From Camelus dromedarius (lineage: Eukaryota), in assembly GCF_036321535.1 (NCBI RefSeq), contig NC_087436.1, positions 1,736,001 through 1,800,000 of the forward strand: a stretch of DNA of 64,000 bases, written 5' to 3'. Below are positions 39,801 through 53,700 of the stretch, piece after piece. Positions within the stretch are counted from its first letter, which is position 1, and each line of letters opens with the position of its first letter. The translations under genes were made by a program, and so were the position numbers. The notes beneath the pieces are model-generated. The model saw nothing but the letters and a program-made list of their open reading frames with translations. It did no database searches and was not told the origin of the DNA.

Positions 39801-41280
39801 ACACACTTATCTCTCAGAACTGAGCATGTGGAGAGACGTTCGTTCATCAAGCACAAAGGGAAAGGGTTGCAGATGAAAATTTTTCTCTGGATTCTCAGTC
39901 TGTTTCCTAGTGCCGGTTTGAAGTTCCTGATGTTTTCACTGTAAAACCGAGTTGGGGCTAGTACCTACCCATATATATGTATGGAGTGGAGTTTGCATCT
40001 GAAAAGAAACTTTGTGTTCCCCACAAGCTAGGTGAAGGACGGCTTTCACACACACTTATCTCCCAGAACTGAGCATGTGAAGAGTGTTCGTTCATCTAGC
40101 ACAAAGGGAACGGGATGCAGGAGAAAGTTTTACTCTGGTTTCTCAGTCTGTTTCCTAGTGACGGTTTGAAGTTCCTGCAGTTTTCACTGTAAAACCGTTG
40201 GAGCTAGTACCTCCCCATATACATGTATGGCGTGGAGTTTGCAACTGAAAAGAAACTTTGTGTTCCCAAAATGCTAGGTGAATGACGGCTTTCACCCACA
40301 CTTATCTCTCAAAATTGAGCATGTGGAGAGACGTTCGTTCACCTAGGAAAAGGGGAACGAGTTGCAGGAGTAACTTTTACTCTGGTTTCTCAGTCTGTTT
40401 CCTAGTGCCGGTTTAAAGTTCCTGCATATTTCTCTGTAAAACCGAGTTGGAGCTAGTACCTCCCTATATATATGTATGGAGTGGTGTTTGCAACATAAAA
40501 GAAACTGTGTTCCCAAGAAGCTAGGTGAAGGACGGCTTTCACACCCAATTATCTCTCAGAACTCAACATGTGAAGAGTGTTCGTTCATCTAGCACAAAGG
40601 GAACGGGTTTCAGGAGAAACTTTTACTCTGGTTTCTCAGTCTGTTTCCTAGTGCCGGTTTGAAGTTCCTGCAGTTTTCACTGTAAAACAGAGTTGGAGCT
40701 AGTACCTCCCCATATATATGTATGGAGTGGAGTTTGCAACTGAAAAGAATCTTTGTGTTCCCAACAAGCTAGGTGAAGGACGGCTTTCACACACACTTAT
40801 CTCTCAGAACGGAGCATGTGGAGAGACTTTCGTTCATCTAGCACAAAGGGAACGGGATGCAGGAGAAACTTTTACTCTGGTTTCTCAGTCTGTTTCCTGT
40901 TGTCGGTTAGAAGTTCCTGCAGTTTTCACAGTAAAACCAATTTGGAGCTAGTGCCTCCCCATAAATATATATGGAGTGGAGTTTGCAACTGAAAAGAATC
41001 TTTGTGTTCCCAAAATGCTAGGTGAAGGACGGCTTTCACACACACTTATCTCTCAGATCTGAGCATGTGGAGAGACTTTCGTTCATCACGCACAAAGGGA
41101 ACGGGATGCAGGAGAAAGTTTTACTCTGTTTCTCAGTCTGTTTCCCAGTGCCGGTTTGAAGTTCCTGCAGTTTTCTCTGTAAAACCGATTTGGAGCTAGT
41201 ACTTCCCCATATATATGTATGGAGTGGGGATTGCAACTGAAAAGAAACTGTGTTCCCAAGAAGCTAGGTGAAGGACGGCT
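30861..41280. repeat. Domain with ~24-monomer periodicity (block ~31640-35000 repeated at ~37590-41250, with whole-monomer indels)
   Basis: ORF pair 33504 and 39458 is offset by 5954. Ordered shared variants: GCAATAGAAAATAA, GAATTACGG, TCTTGGAAC, GCAGATGAAA, CACCTAGGAAAAGGGG, GTCGGTTAGAAG, CATCACGC. Confidence 0.85.
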
Positions 41281-41749
41281 TTCACACACAATTATCTCTC
41301 AGAACTGAGCATGTGAAGAGTGTTCGTTCATCTAGCACAAAGGGAACGGGATGCAGGAGTAAATTTTACTCTGGTTTCTCAGTCTTTTTCCTAGTGCCGG
41401 TTTGAAGTTCCTGCAGTTTTCACTGTAAAACCGAGTTGGAGCTAGCACCTCCCCATATATATGTATGGAGTGGAGTTTGCAACTGAAAAGAAACTTTGTG
41501 TTCCCAACAAGCTAGGTGAAGGACGGCTTTCACACACACTTATCTCTCAGAAATGAGCATGTGGAGAGACGTTCGTTCATCTAGCACAAAGGGAACGGGT
41601 TGCAGGAGAAACTTTTACTCTGATTTCTCAGTCTGTTTCCTAGTGCCGGTTTGAAGTTCCTGCAGTTTTCACTGTAAAACAGTTGGAGCTAGTACCTCCC
41701 CATATATATATATGGAGTGGAGTTTGCAACTGAAAAGAATCTTTGTGTT

Positions 41750-44700
41750 CCCAACAAGCTAGGTGAAGAACGGCTTTCACACACACTTATCTCTCAGAAC
41801 TGAGCATGTGGAGAGACATTCGTTCATCTAGCACAAAGGGAACGGGTTGCAGAATAAACTTTTTCTCTGTATTCTTAGTCTGTTTCCTAGTGCCTGTTTG
41901 AAGTTCCTGCTGTTTTCACTGTAAAACCGAGTTGGGGCTAGTACCTACCCATATATATGTATGGAGTGGAGTTTGCATCTGAAAATAAAGTTTGTGTTCC
42001 CAACAAGGTAGTTGAAGGACGGCTTTCACACACACTTATCTCTCAGAACTGAGCATGTGGAGAGACGTTCGTTCATCTAGCACAAATGGAAAGGGTTGCA
42101 GGGGAAAGTTTTACTCTGGATTCTCAGTGTGTTTCCTAGTGCCGGTTTGAAGTTCCTGCAGTTTTCACTGTAAAACCGAGTTGGAGCTAGTACCTCCCCA
42201 TATATATATATAGGGTGGAGTTTGCCACTGAAAAGAAACTTTGTGTTCCCAACAAGCTAGGTGAAGGACGGCTTTCACACACACTTATCTCTCAGAACTG
42301 AGCATGTGGAGAGACGTTCGTTCATCTAGCACAAAGGGAACGGGTTGCAGAATAAACTTTTTCTCTGTATTCTCAGTCTATTTCCTAGTGCCTGTTTGAA
42401 GTTCTTGCTGTTTTCACTGTAAAACCGAGTTGGGGCTAGTACCTACCCATATATATGTATGGAGAGGAGTTTGCATCTGAAAAGAAACTTTGTGTTCCCC
42501 ACAAGGTAGGTGAAGGACGGCTTTCACACACACTTATCTCTCAGATCTGAGCATGTGGAGAGACGTTCGTTCATCTAGCACAAAGGGAAAGGGTTGCAGG
42601 GGAAAGTATTCTCTGGATTCTCAGTCTGTTTCCTAGTGCCGGTTTGAAGTTCCTGCAGTTTTCACTGTAAAACCGAGTTGGAGCGAGTACCTCCCCATAT
42701 ATATATATGGGGTGGAGTTTGCCACTGAAAAGAACCTTTGTGTTCCCAACAAGCTAGGTGAAGGACGGCTTTCACACACACTTTTCTCTCAGAACTGAGC
42801 ATGTGGAGAGACGTTCGTTCATAAAGCACAAAGGGAACGGGTTGCAGGAAAACTTTTACTCTGTATCTCAGTGTGTTTCCTAGTGTCGGTTTGAAGTTCC
42901 TGCAGTTTTCACTGTAAAACCGATTTGGAACTAGTACCTCCCCATATATTTGTATGGAGTGGAGTTTGCAACTGAAAAGAAACTTTGTGTTCCCAACAAG
43001 CTATGTGAAGGACGGCTTTCACACACACTTATCTCTCAGAAATGAGCATGTAGAGAGACGTTCGTTCATCTAGCACAAAGGGAACGGGTTGCAGGCGAAA
43101 CTTTTACTCAGGTTTCTCAGCCTGTTTCCTAGTGCCGGTTTGAAGTTCCTGCAGTTTTCACTGTAAAACCGAGTTGGAGCTAGTACCTCCCCATATATAT
43201 GTATGGAGTGGAGTTTGCACCTGAAAAGAAACATTGTGTTCCCAACAAGCCAGGTGAAAGGCGGCTTTCACACACAATTATCTCTCAGAACTGAGCATGT
43301 GGAGAGACGTTCGTTCATCTAGCACAAAGGGAACGGGTTGCAGGAGAAAGTTTTTCTCTGGTTTCTCAGTCTTTTTTTTAGTGCCGGTTTGAAGTTCCTG
43401 CAGTTTTCACTCTAAAACCGATTTGGGGATAGTACCTCCCCATATATATGTATGGAGTGGAGTTTGCAACTGAAAAGAAACTTTGTGTTCCCAACAAGCC
43501 AAGTGAAGGACGGCTTTCACACACACTTATCTCTCAGAAATGAGCATGTGGAGAGACGTTCGTTCATCTAGCACAAAGGGAACGGGTTGCAGGAGAAACT
43601 TTTACTCTGGTTTCTCAGTCTGTTTCCTAATGCCGGTTTGAGGTTCCTGCAGTTTTCACTGTAAAACCGAGATGGAGCTAGTACTTATGCATATATATGT
43701 ATGGAGTGGAGTTTGCAACTGAAAAGAAACTTTGTGTTCCCAAAAAGCTAGGTGAAGGACGGCTTTCACACACACTTATCTCTCAGAACTGAGCATGTGG
43801 AGAGACTTTCGTTCACCTAGCAAAAATGGAACGAGTTGCAGGTGTAAGTTTTACTCTGGTTTTCAGAATGTTTCCTACTGCCATTTTGAATTTCTTGCAG
43901 TTTTCACTGTAATACCGAGTTGGAGATAGTACCTCCCCATAAATTGGTGTGGAGTGGAATTTGCAACTGAAAAGAAACTTTGTGTTCCCAACAAGCTAGT
44001 TGAAGGACGGCTTTCACACACAATTATCTCTCAGAACTGAGCATGTGAAGAGTTTTCGTTCATCTAGCACAAAGGGAACGGGATGCAGGAGTAACTTTTA
44101 CTCTGGTTTCTCAGTCTTTTTCCTAGTGCCGGTTTGAAGTTCCTGCAGTTTTCACTGTAAAACCGAGTTGGAGCTAGTACCTCCCCATATATATGTATGG
44201 AGTGGAGTTTGCAACTGAAAAGAAACTTTGTGTTCCCAACAAGCTAGGTGAAGGACGGCTTTCACACACACTTATCTCTCAGAAATGAGCATGTGGAGAG
44301 ACGTTCGTTCATCTAGCACAAAGGGAACGGGTTGCAGGAGAAACTTTTACTCTGGTTTCTCAGTCTGTTTCCTAGTGCCGGTTTGAAGTTCCTGCAGTTT
44401 TCACTGTAAAACAGTTGGAGCTAGTACCTCCCCATATATATGTATGGAGTGGAGTTTGCAACTGAAAAGAATCTTTGTGTTCCCAACAAGCTAGGTGAAG
44501 AACGGCTTTCACACACACTAATCTCTCAGAACTGAGCATGTGGAGAGACGTTCGTTCATCTAGCACAAAGGGAACGGGTTGCAGAATAAACTTTTTCTCT
44601 GTATTCTTAGTCTGTTTCCTAGTGCCTGTTTGAAGTTCCTGCTGTTTTCACTGTAAAACCGAGTTGGGGCTAGTACCTACCCATATATATGTATGGAGTG

Positions 44701-47700
44701 GAGTTTGCATCTGAAAATATACTTTGTGTTCCCCACAAGGTAGGTGAAGGACGGCTTTCACACACACTTATCTCTCAGAAATGAGCATGTGGAGAGACGT
44801 TCGTTCATAAAGCACAAAGGGAACGGGTTGCAGGAAAACTTTTACTCTGTATCTCAGTGTGTTTCCTAGTGTCGGTTTGAAGTTCCTGCAGTTTTCACTG
44901 TAAAACCGATTTGGAACTAGTACCTCCCCATATATTTGTATGGAGTGGAGTTTGCAACTGAAAAGAAACTTTGTGTTCCCAACAAGCTATGTGAAGGACG
45001 GCTTTCACACACACTTATCTCTCAGAAATGAGCATGTGGAGAGACGTTCGTTCATCTAGCACAAAGGGAACGGGTTGCAGGCGAAACTTTTACTCTGGTT
45101 TCTCAGCCTGTTTCCTAGTGCCGGTTTGAAGTTCCTGCAGTTTTCACTGTAAAACCGAGTTGGAGCTAGTAACTCCCCATATATATGTATGGAGTGGAGT
45201 TTGCACCTGAAAAGAAACATTGTGTTCCCAACAAGCCAGGTGAAAGGCGGCTTTCACACACAATTATCTCTCAGAACTGAGCATGTGGAGAGACGTTCGT
45301 TCATCTAGCACAAAGGGAACGGGTTGCAGGAGAAAGTTTTTCTCTGGTTTCTCAGTCTTTTTTTTAGTGCCGGTTTGAAGTTCCTGCAGTTTTCACTCTA
45401 AAACCGATTTGGGGCTAGTACCTCCCCATATATATGTATGGAGTGGAGTTTGCAACTGAAAAGAAACTTTGTGTTCCCAACAAGCCAAGTGAAGGACGGC
45501 TTTCACACACACTTATCTCTCAGAAATGAGCATGTGGAGAGACGTTCGTTCATCTAGCACAAAGGGAACGGGTTGAAGGAGAAACTTTTACTCTGGTTTC
45601 TCAGTCTGTTTCCTAATGCCGGTTTGAGGTTCCTGCAGTTTTCACTGTAAAACCGAGATGGAGCTAGTACTTATGCATATATATGTATGGAGTGGAGTTT
45701 GCAACTGAAAAGAAACTTTGTGTTCCCAAAAAGCTAGGTGAAGGACGGCTTTCACACACACTTATCTCTCAGAACTGAGCATGTGGAGAGACGTTCGTTC
45801 ACCTAGCAAAAATGGAACGAGTTGCAGGTGTAAGTTTTACTCTGGTTTTCAGTATGTTTCCTACTGCCATTTTGAATTTCTTGCAGTTTTCACTGTAATA
45901 CCGAGTTGGAGATAGTACCTCCCCATAAATTGGTGTGGAGTGGAATTTGCAACTGAAAAGAAACTTTGTGTTCCCAACAAGATAGTTGAAGGACGGCTTT
46001 CACACACAATTATCTCTGAGAACTGAGCATGTGGAGTGTCGTTCGTTCATCTAGCACAAAGTGAACGGGTTTCAGGAGAAACATTTACTCTGGTTTCTCA
46101 GTCTGTTTCCTAGTGCCGGTTTGAAGATCCTGAAGTTTTCACTGTAAAACCGAGTTGGAGCTAGTACATCCCCATATATATGTATGGAGTGGAGTTTGCA
46201 ACTGAAAAGAAACTTTGTGTTCCCAACAAGCTAGGTGAAGGACGGCTTTCAGACACAATTATCTCTCAGAATTGAGCATGTGGAGAGACGTTCGTTCATC
46301 TAGCAAAAAGGGAACAGGTTGCAGGAGAAACTTTTACTCTGGTTTCTCAGTCTGTTTCCTAGTGCCGGTTTGAAGTTCCTGCAGTTTTCACTGTAAAACC
46401 GAGTTGGAGCTTGTACCTCCCCATATATATGTATGGAGTGGAGTTTGCAACTGAAAAGAAACTTTGTGTTCCCAACAAGCTAGGTGAAGGACGGCATTCA
46501 CACACAATTATCTCTCAGAACTGAGCATGTGGAGAGACGTTCGTTCATCTATCACAAACGGAACGGTTTGCAGGAGAAAGTTTTTCTCTGTTTCTCAGTC
46601 TGTTTCCTAGTGCTGGTTTGAAATTCCTGCAGTGTTCACTGTAAAACCGTGTTGGAGCTAGTACTTCCCCATATATATGTATGGGGTGGAGTTTGCAACT
46701 GAAAAGAAACTTTGTTTTCCCAACAAGCTAGGTGAAGGACGGCTTTCACACACACTTATCTCTCAGAACTGAGAATGTGGAGAGACGTTCGTTCATCAAT
46801 CACAATGTGAAAGGGTTGCAGGAGAAACTTTTACTCTGTTTCTCAGTCTGTTTACTAGTGCCTGTTTGAAGTTCCTGCAGTTTTCACTGTAAAACCGAGT
46901 TGGGGCTTGTACCTCCATATATATATGTATGGAGTGGAGTTTGCAACTGAAAAGAAACTTTGTGTTCCCAACAAGCTATGTGAAGGACCACATTCACACA
47001 CAATTATCTCTCAGAACTGAGCATGTAGAGAGTCATTCGTTCATCTATCACAAACGGAACGGTTTACAGAGGAAACTTTTACTCTGTTTCTCAGTCTGTT
47101 TCCTAGTGACGGTTTGAAGTTCCTGCAGTTTTCATTGTAAAACCGAGTTGGAGCTAGTACCTCCCCATATATATGTATGGAGTGGAGTTTGCATCTGAAA
47201 AGGAAATTTGTGTTCCCAAAAAGCTAGGTGAAGGACGGCTTTCACGCACACTTATCTCTCAGAATTGAGCATGTGGAGAGACGTTCGTTCACCGAGCAAA
47301 AAGGGAAAGAGTTGCAGGAGAAACTTTTACTCTGGTTTCTCAGTCTGTTTCCTAGTGCCATTTTGAAGTTCCTGCAGTTTTCACTGTAATACCGAGTTGG
47401 AGCTAGTACATCCCCATAAATATGGTTGGAGTGGAATTTGCAACTGAAAAGAAACTTTGTGTTCCCTAAAAGCTCGGTGAAGGACGGCTTTCACACACAC
47501 TTATCTCTTAGAACTGAGCATGCGGAGAGACGTTCGTTCATCTAGCACAAAGGGAACGGGTTGCAGGAGAAACTTTTACTCTGGTTTCTCAATCTGTTTC
47601 CTAGTGCCGGTTTGAAGTTCCTGCAGTTTTCACTGTAAAACCAATTTTCAGCTTGTACCTCCCCATATATATGTATGGAGTGGGGTTTGCAACTGAAAAG

Positions 47701-50700
47701 ATACTTTGTGTTCCCAACAAGCTAGTTGAAGGACGGCTTTCACACACACTAATCTCTCAGAACTGAGCATGTGAAGAGTGTTCGTTCATCTAGAACACAG
47801 GGAACGGGTTTCAGGAGAAACTTTTAATCTGGTTTCTCAGTCTGCTTCCTAGTGCCGGTTTAATGCTCCTGCAGTTTTCACTGTAAAACAGTTGGAGCTA
47901 GTACCTCCCCATATATATGTATGGAGTGGAGTTTGCAACTGAAAAGAATCTTTGTGTTCCCAACAAGCTAGGTGAAGGACGGCTTTCACACACACTTATC
48001 TCTCAGAACTGAGCATGTGGAGAGACGTTCGTTCATCTAGCACAAAGGGAACGGGTTGCAGAATAAACTTTTTCTCTGTATTCTCAGTCTGTTTCCTAGT
48101 GCCTGTTTGAAGTTCCTGCTGTTTTCACTATAAAACCGAGTTGGGGCTAGTACCTACCCATATATATGTATGGAGTGGAGTTTGCATCTGAAAATAAACT
48201 TTGTGTTCCCCACAAGGTAGGTGAAGGACGGCTTTCACACACACTTATCTCTCAGAACTGAGCATGTGGAGAGACGTTCGTTCATCTAGCACAAAGGGAA
48301 AGGGTTGCAGGGGAAAGTTTTACTCTGGATTCTCAGTCTGTTTCCTAGTGCCGGTTTGAAGTTCCTGCAGTTTTCACTGTAAAACCGAGTTGGAGCTAGT
48401 ACCTCCCCATATATATATATGGGGTGGAGTTTGCCACTGAAAAGAAACTTTGTGTTCCCAACAAGCTAGGTGAAGGACGGCTTTCACACACACTTATCTC
48501 TCAGAACTGAGCATGTGGAGAGACGTTCGTTCATCTAGCACAAAGGGAACGGGTTGCAGAATAAACTTTTTCTCTGTATTCTCAGTCTGTTTCCTAGTGC
48601 CTGTTTGAAGTTCCTGCTGTTTTCACTGTAAAACCGAGTTGGGGCTAGTACCTACCCATATATATGTATGGAGTGGAGTTTGCATCTGAAAAGAAACTTT
48701 GTGTTCCCCACAAGGTAGGTGAAGGACGGCTTTCACACACACTTATCTCTCAGATCTGAGCATGTGGAGAGACGTTCGTTCATCTAGCACAAAGGGAAAG
48801 GGTTGCAGGGGAAAGTTTTCTCTGGATTCTCAGTCTGTTTCCTAGTGCCGGTTTGAAGTTCCTGCAGTTTTCACTGTAAAACCGAGTTGGAACTAGTACC
48901 TCCCCATATATATATATGGGGTGGAGTTTGCCACTGAAAAGAACCTTTGTGTTCCCAACAAGCTAGGTGAAGGACGGCTTTCACACACATTTTTCTCTCA
49001 GAACTGAGCATGTGGAGAGACGTTCGTTCATAAAGCACAAAGGGAACGGGTGGCAGGAAAACTTTTACTCTGTATCTCAGTGTGTTTCCTAGTGCCGGTT
49101 TGAAGTTCCTGCAGTTTTCACTGTAAAACCGATTTGGAACTAGTACCTCCCCATATATTTGTATGGAGTGGAGTTTGCAACTGAAAAGAAACTTTGTGTT
49201 CCCAACAAGCTATGTGAAGGACGGCTTTCACACACACTTATCTCTCAGAAATGAGCATGTGGAGAGACGTTCGTTCATCTAGCACAAAGGGAACGGGTTG
49301 CAGGCGAAACTTTTACTCTGGTTTCTCAGCCTGTTTCCTAGTGCCGGTTTGAAGTTCCTGCAGTTTTCACTGTAAAACCGAGTTGGAGCTAGTACCTCCC
49401 CATATATATGTATGGAGTGGAGTTTGCACCTGAAAAGAAACATTGTGTTCCCAACAAGCCAGGTGAAAGGCGGCTTTCACACACAATTATCTCTCAGAAC
49501 TGAGCATGTGGAGAGTCATTCGTTCATCTAGCACAATGGGAAAGGTTTGCTGGAGAAACTTTTACTCTGGTTTCTCCGTCTGTTTCCTAGTGCCGGTTTG
49601 AAGTTCCTGCAGTTTTCATTGTAAAACCGAGTTGGGGCTAGTACCTAACCATATATATATATGGAATGGAATTTGCATCTGAAAAGAAACTTTGTGTTCC
49701 CAACAAGCTAGGTGAAGCACGGCTTTCACACACAATTATCTCTCAGAACTGAGCATGTGGAGAGACGTTCGTTCATCTAGCACAAAGGGAACGGGTTGCA
49801 GGAGAAAGTTTTTCTCTGGTTTCTCAGTCTTTTTTTTAGTGCCGGTTTGAATTTCCTGCAGTTTTCACTCTAAAACCGATTTGGGGCTAGTACCTCCCCA
49901 TATATATGTATGGAGTGGAGTTTGCAACTGAAAAGAAACTTTGTGTTCCCAACAAGCCAAGTGAAGGACGGCTTTCACACACACTTATCTCTCAGAAATG
50001 AGCATGTGGAGAGACGTTCGTTCATCTAGCACAAAGGGAACGGGTTGCAGGAGAAACTTTTACTCTGGTTTCTCAGTCTGTTTCCTAATGCCGGTTTGAG
50101 GTTCCTGCAGTTTTCACTGTAAAACCGAGATGGAGCTAGTACTTATGCATATATATGTATGGAGTGGAGTTTGCAACTGAAAAGAAACTTTGTGTTCCCA
50201 AAAAGCTAGGTGAAGGACGGCTTTCACACACACTTATCTCTCAGAACTGAGCATGTGTTAGACGTTCGTTCACCTAGCAAAAATGGAACGAGTTGCAGGA
50301 GTAAGTTTTACTCTGGTTTTCAGTCTGTTTCCTACTGCCATTTTGAATTTCTTGCAGTTTTCACTGTAATACCGAGATGGAGATAGTACCTCCCCATAAA
50401 TTTTTGTGGAGTGGAATTTGCAACTGAAAAGAAACTTTGTGTTCCCAACAAGCTAGTTGAAGGACGGCTTTCACACACAATTATCTCTGAGAACTGAGCA
50501 TGTGGAGTGTCGTTCGTTCATCTAGCACAAAATGAACGGGTTTCAGGAGAAACAATTACTCTGGTTTCTCTGTCTGTTTCCTAGTTCCGGTTTGAAGATC
50601 CTGAAGTTTTCACTGTAAAACCGAGTTGGAGCTAGTACATCCCCATATATATGTATGGAGTGGAGTTTGCAACTGAAAAGAAACTTTGTGTTCCCAACAA

Positions 50701-53700
50701 GCTAGGTGAAGGACGGCTTTCAGACACAATTATCTCTCAGAATTGAGCATGTGGAGAGACGTTCGTTCATCTAGCAAAAAGGGAACAGGTTGCAGGAGAA
50801 ACTTTTACTCTGGTTTCTCAGTCTGTTTCCTAGTGCCGGTTTGAAGTTCCTGCAGTTTTCACTGTAAAACCGAGTTGGAGCTTGTACCTCCCCATATATA
50901 TGTATGGAGTGGAGTTTGCAACTGAAAAGAAACTTTGTGTTCCCAACAAGCTAGATGAAGGACGGCATTCACACACAATTATCTCTCAGAACTGAGCATG
51001 TGGAGAGACGTTCGTTCATCTATCACAAACGGAACGGTTTGCAGGAGAAAGTTTTTCTCTGTTTCTCAGTCTGTTTCCTAGTGCCGGTTTGAAATTCCTG
51101 CAGTGTTCACTGTAAAACCGAGTTGGAGCTAGTACTTCCCCATATATATGTATGGGGTGGAGTTTGCAACTGAAAAGAAACTTTGTGTTCCCAACAAGCT
51201 AGGTGAAGGACGGCTTCAACACACACTTATCTCTCAGAACTGAGAATGTGGAGAGACGTTCGTTCATCAAGCACAATGTGAAAGGGTTGCAGGAGAAACT
51301 TTTACTCTGTTTCTCAGTCTGTTTCCTAGTGCCGGTTTGAAGTTCCTGCAGTTTTCACTGTAAAACCGAGTTGGAGCTTGTACCTCCATATATATATGTA
51401 TGGAGTGGAGTTTGCAACTGAAAAGAAACTTTGTGTTCCCAACAAGCTATGTGAAGGACCGCATTCACACACAATTATCTCTCAGAACTGAGCATGTGGA
51501 GAGTCATTCGTTCATCTATCACAAACGGAACGGTTTACAGGGGAAACTTTTACTCTGTTTCTCAGTCTGTTTCCTAGTGACGGTTTGAAGTTCCTGCAGT
51601 TTTCATTGTAAAACCGAGTTGGAGCTAGTACCTCCCCATATATATGTATGGAGTGGAGTTTGCATCTGAAAAGGAAATTTGTGTTCCCAAAAAGCTAGGT
51701 GAAGGACGGCTTTCACCCACACTTATCTCTCAGAATTGAGCATGTGGAGAGACGTTCGTTCACCGAGCAAAAAGGGAAAGAGTTGCAGGAGAAACTTTTA
51801 CTCTGGTTTCTCAGTCTGTTTCCTAGTGCCATTTTGAAGTTCCTGCAGTTTTCACTGTAATACCGAGTTGGAGCTAGTACATCCCCATAAATATGGTTGG
51901 AGTGGAATTTGCAACTGAAAAGAAACTTTGTGTTCCCTAAAAGCTCGGTGAAGGACGGCTTTCACACACACTTATCTCTTAGAACTGAGCTTGCGGAGAG
52001 AAGTTCGTTCATCTAGCACAAAGGGAACGGGTTGCAGGAGAAATTTTTACTCTGGTTTCTCAGTCTGTTTCCTAGTGCCGGTTTGAAGTTCCTGCAGTTT
52101 TCACTGTAAAACCAATTTTCAGCTTGTACCTCCCCATATATATGTATGGAGTGGGGTTTGCAACTGAAAAGAAACTTTGTGTTCCCAACAAGCTAGTTGA
52201 AGTACGGCTTTCACACACACTAATCTCTCAGAACTGAGCATGTGAAGAGTGTTCGTTCATCTAGAACACAGGGAACGGGTTTCAGGAGAAACTTTTACTC
52301 TGGTTTCTCAGTCTGCTTCCTAGTGCCGGTTTAAAGCTCCTGCAGTTTTCTCTGTAAAACCGAGTTGGAGCTAGTACCTCCCCAAATATATGTATGGAGT
52401 GGTGTTTGCAACAGAAAAGAAACTGTGTTCCCAAGAAGGTAGGTGAAGGATGGCTTTCACACACAATTATCTCTCAGAACTGAGCATGTGAAGAGTGTTC
52501 GTTCATCTAGCACAAAGGGAACGGTTCCAGGAGAAACTTTTACTCTGGATTCTCAGTCTGTTTCCTAGTGCCGGTTTGAAGTTCCTGCAGTTTTCACTGT
52601 AAAACCGAGTTGGAGCTTGTACCTCCCCATATATTTGTATGGAGTGGAGTTTGCAAGTGAAAAGAAACTTTGTGTTTCCAACAAGCTAGATTAAGGACGG
52701 GTTTCACACACAATTATCTCTCAGAACTGAGCATGTGGAGAGACTTTCGTTCATCTAGCACAAAGGGAACAGGTTGCAGGAGAAACTTTTACTGTGGATT
52801 CACAGTTTGTTACCTAGTGCCGGTTTGAAGTACCTGCAGTTTTCAGTGTAAAACCGAGTTGGAGCTCGTACCACCCCATATATATGTATGGATTGGAGTT
52901 TGCATGTGAAAAGAAAGTTTGTGTTCCCAACAAGCTATGAGAAGTACGGCTTTCACACACACTTATCTCTCAGAACTGAGTATGTGGAGAGACTTTCGTT
53001 CATCTAGCACAAAGGGAATGGGTTGCAGGGAAAATTTTACTCTGGTTTCTCAGTCTGTTTCCTAGTGCCGGTTTGAAGTTCCAGCAGTTTTCACTGTAAA
53101 AAAGAGTTGGAGCTCGTACTTCCCCATATATATGTATGGAGTGGAGTTTGCAAATGAAAGAAGCTTTGTGTTCCCAACAAGCTATGTGAACGCCGGCTTT
53201 CACACACACTTATCCCTCAGAACTGAGCATGTGGAGAGACGTTCGTTCATCTAGCACAAAGGGGACGGGTTGTAGGAGAAACTTTTACTCTGGTTTCTCA
53301 GTCTGTTTCCTAGTGCCGGTTTAAAGTTCCTGCAGTTTTCTCTGTAAAACCGAGTTGGAACTAGTACCTCCCCATATATATGTATGGAGTGGAGTTTGCA
53401 ACAGAAAAGAAACTGTGTTCCCAAGAAGCTATGTGAAAGACGGCTTTCACACCCAATTATCTCTTGGAACTGAGCATGTGAAGTGTGTTCGTTCATCTAG
53501 CACAAAGGGAACGGGTTTCAGGAGAAACTTTTACTCTGGTTTCTCAGTCTTTTTCCTAGTGCCGGTTTGAAGTTCCTGCAGTTTTCACTGTAAAACCGAG
53601 TTGGAGCTTGTACCTCCCCATATATATGTATGGAGTGGGGTTTGCAACTGAAAAGATACTTTGTGTTCCCAACAAGCTAGTTGAAGGACGGCTTTCACAC

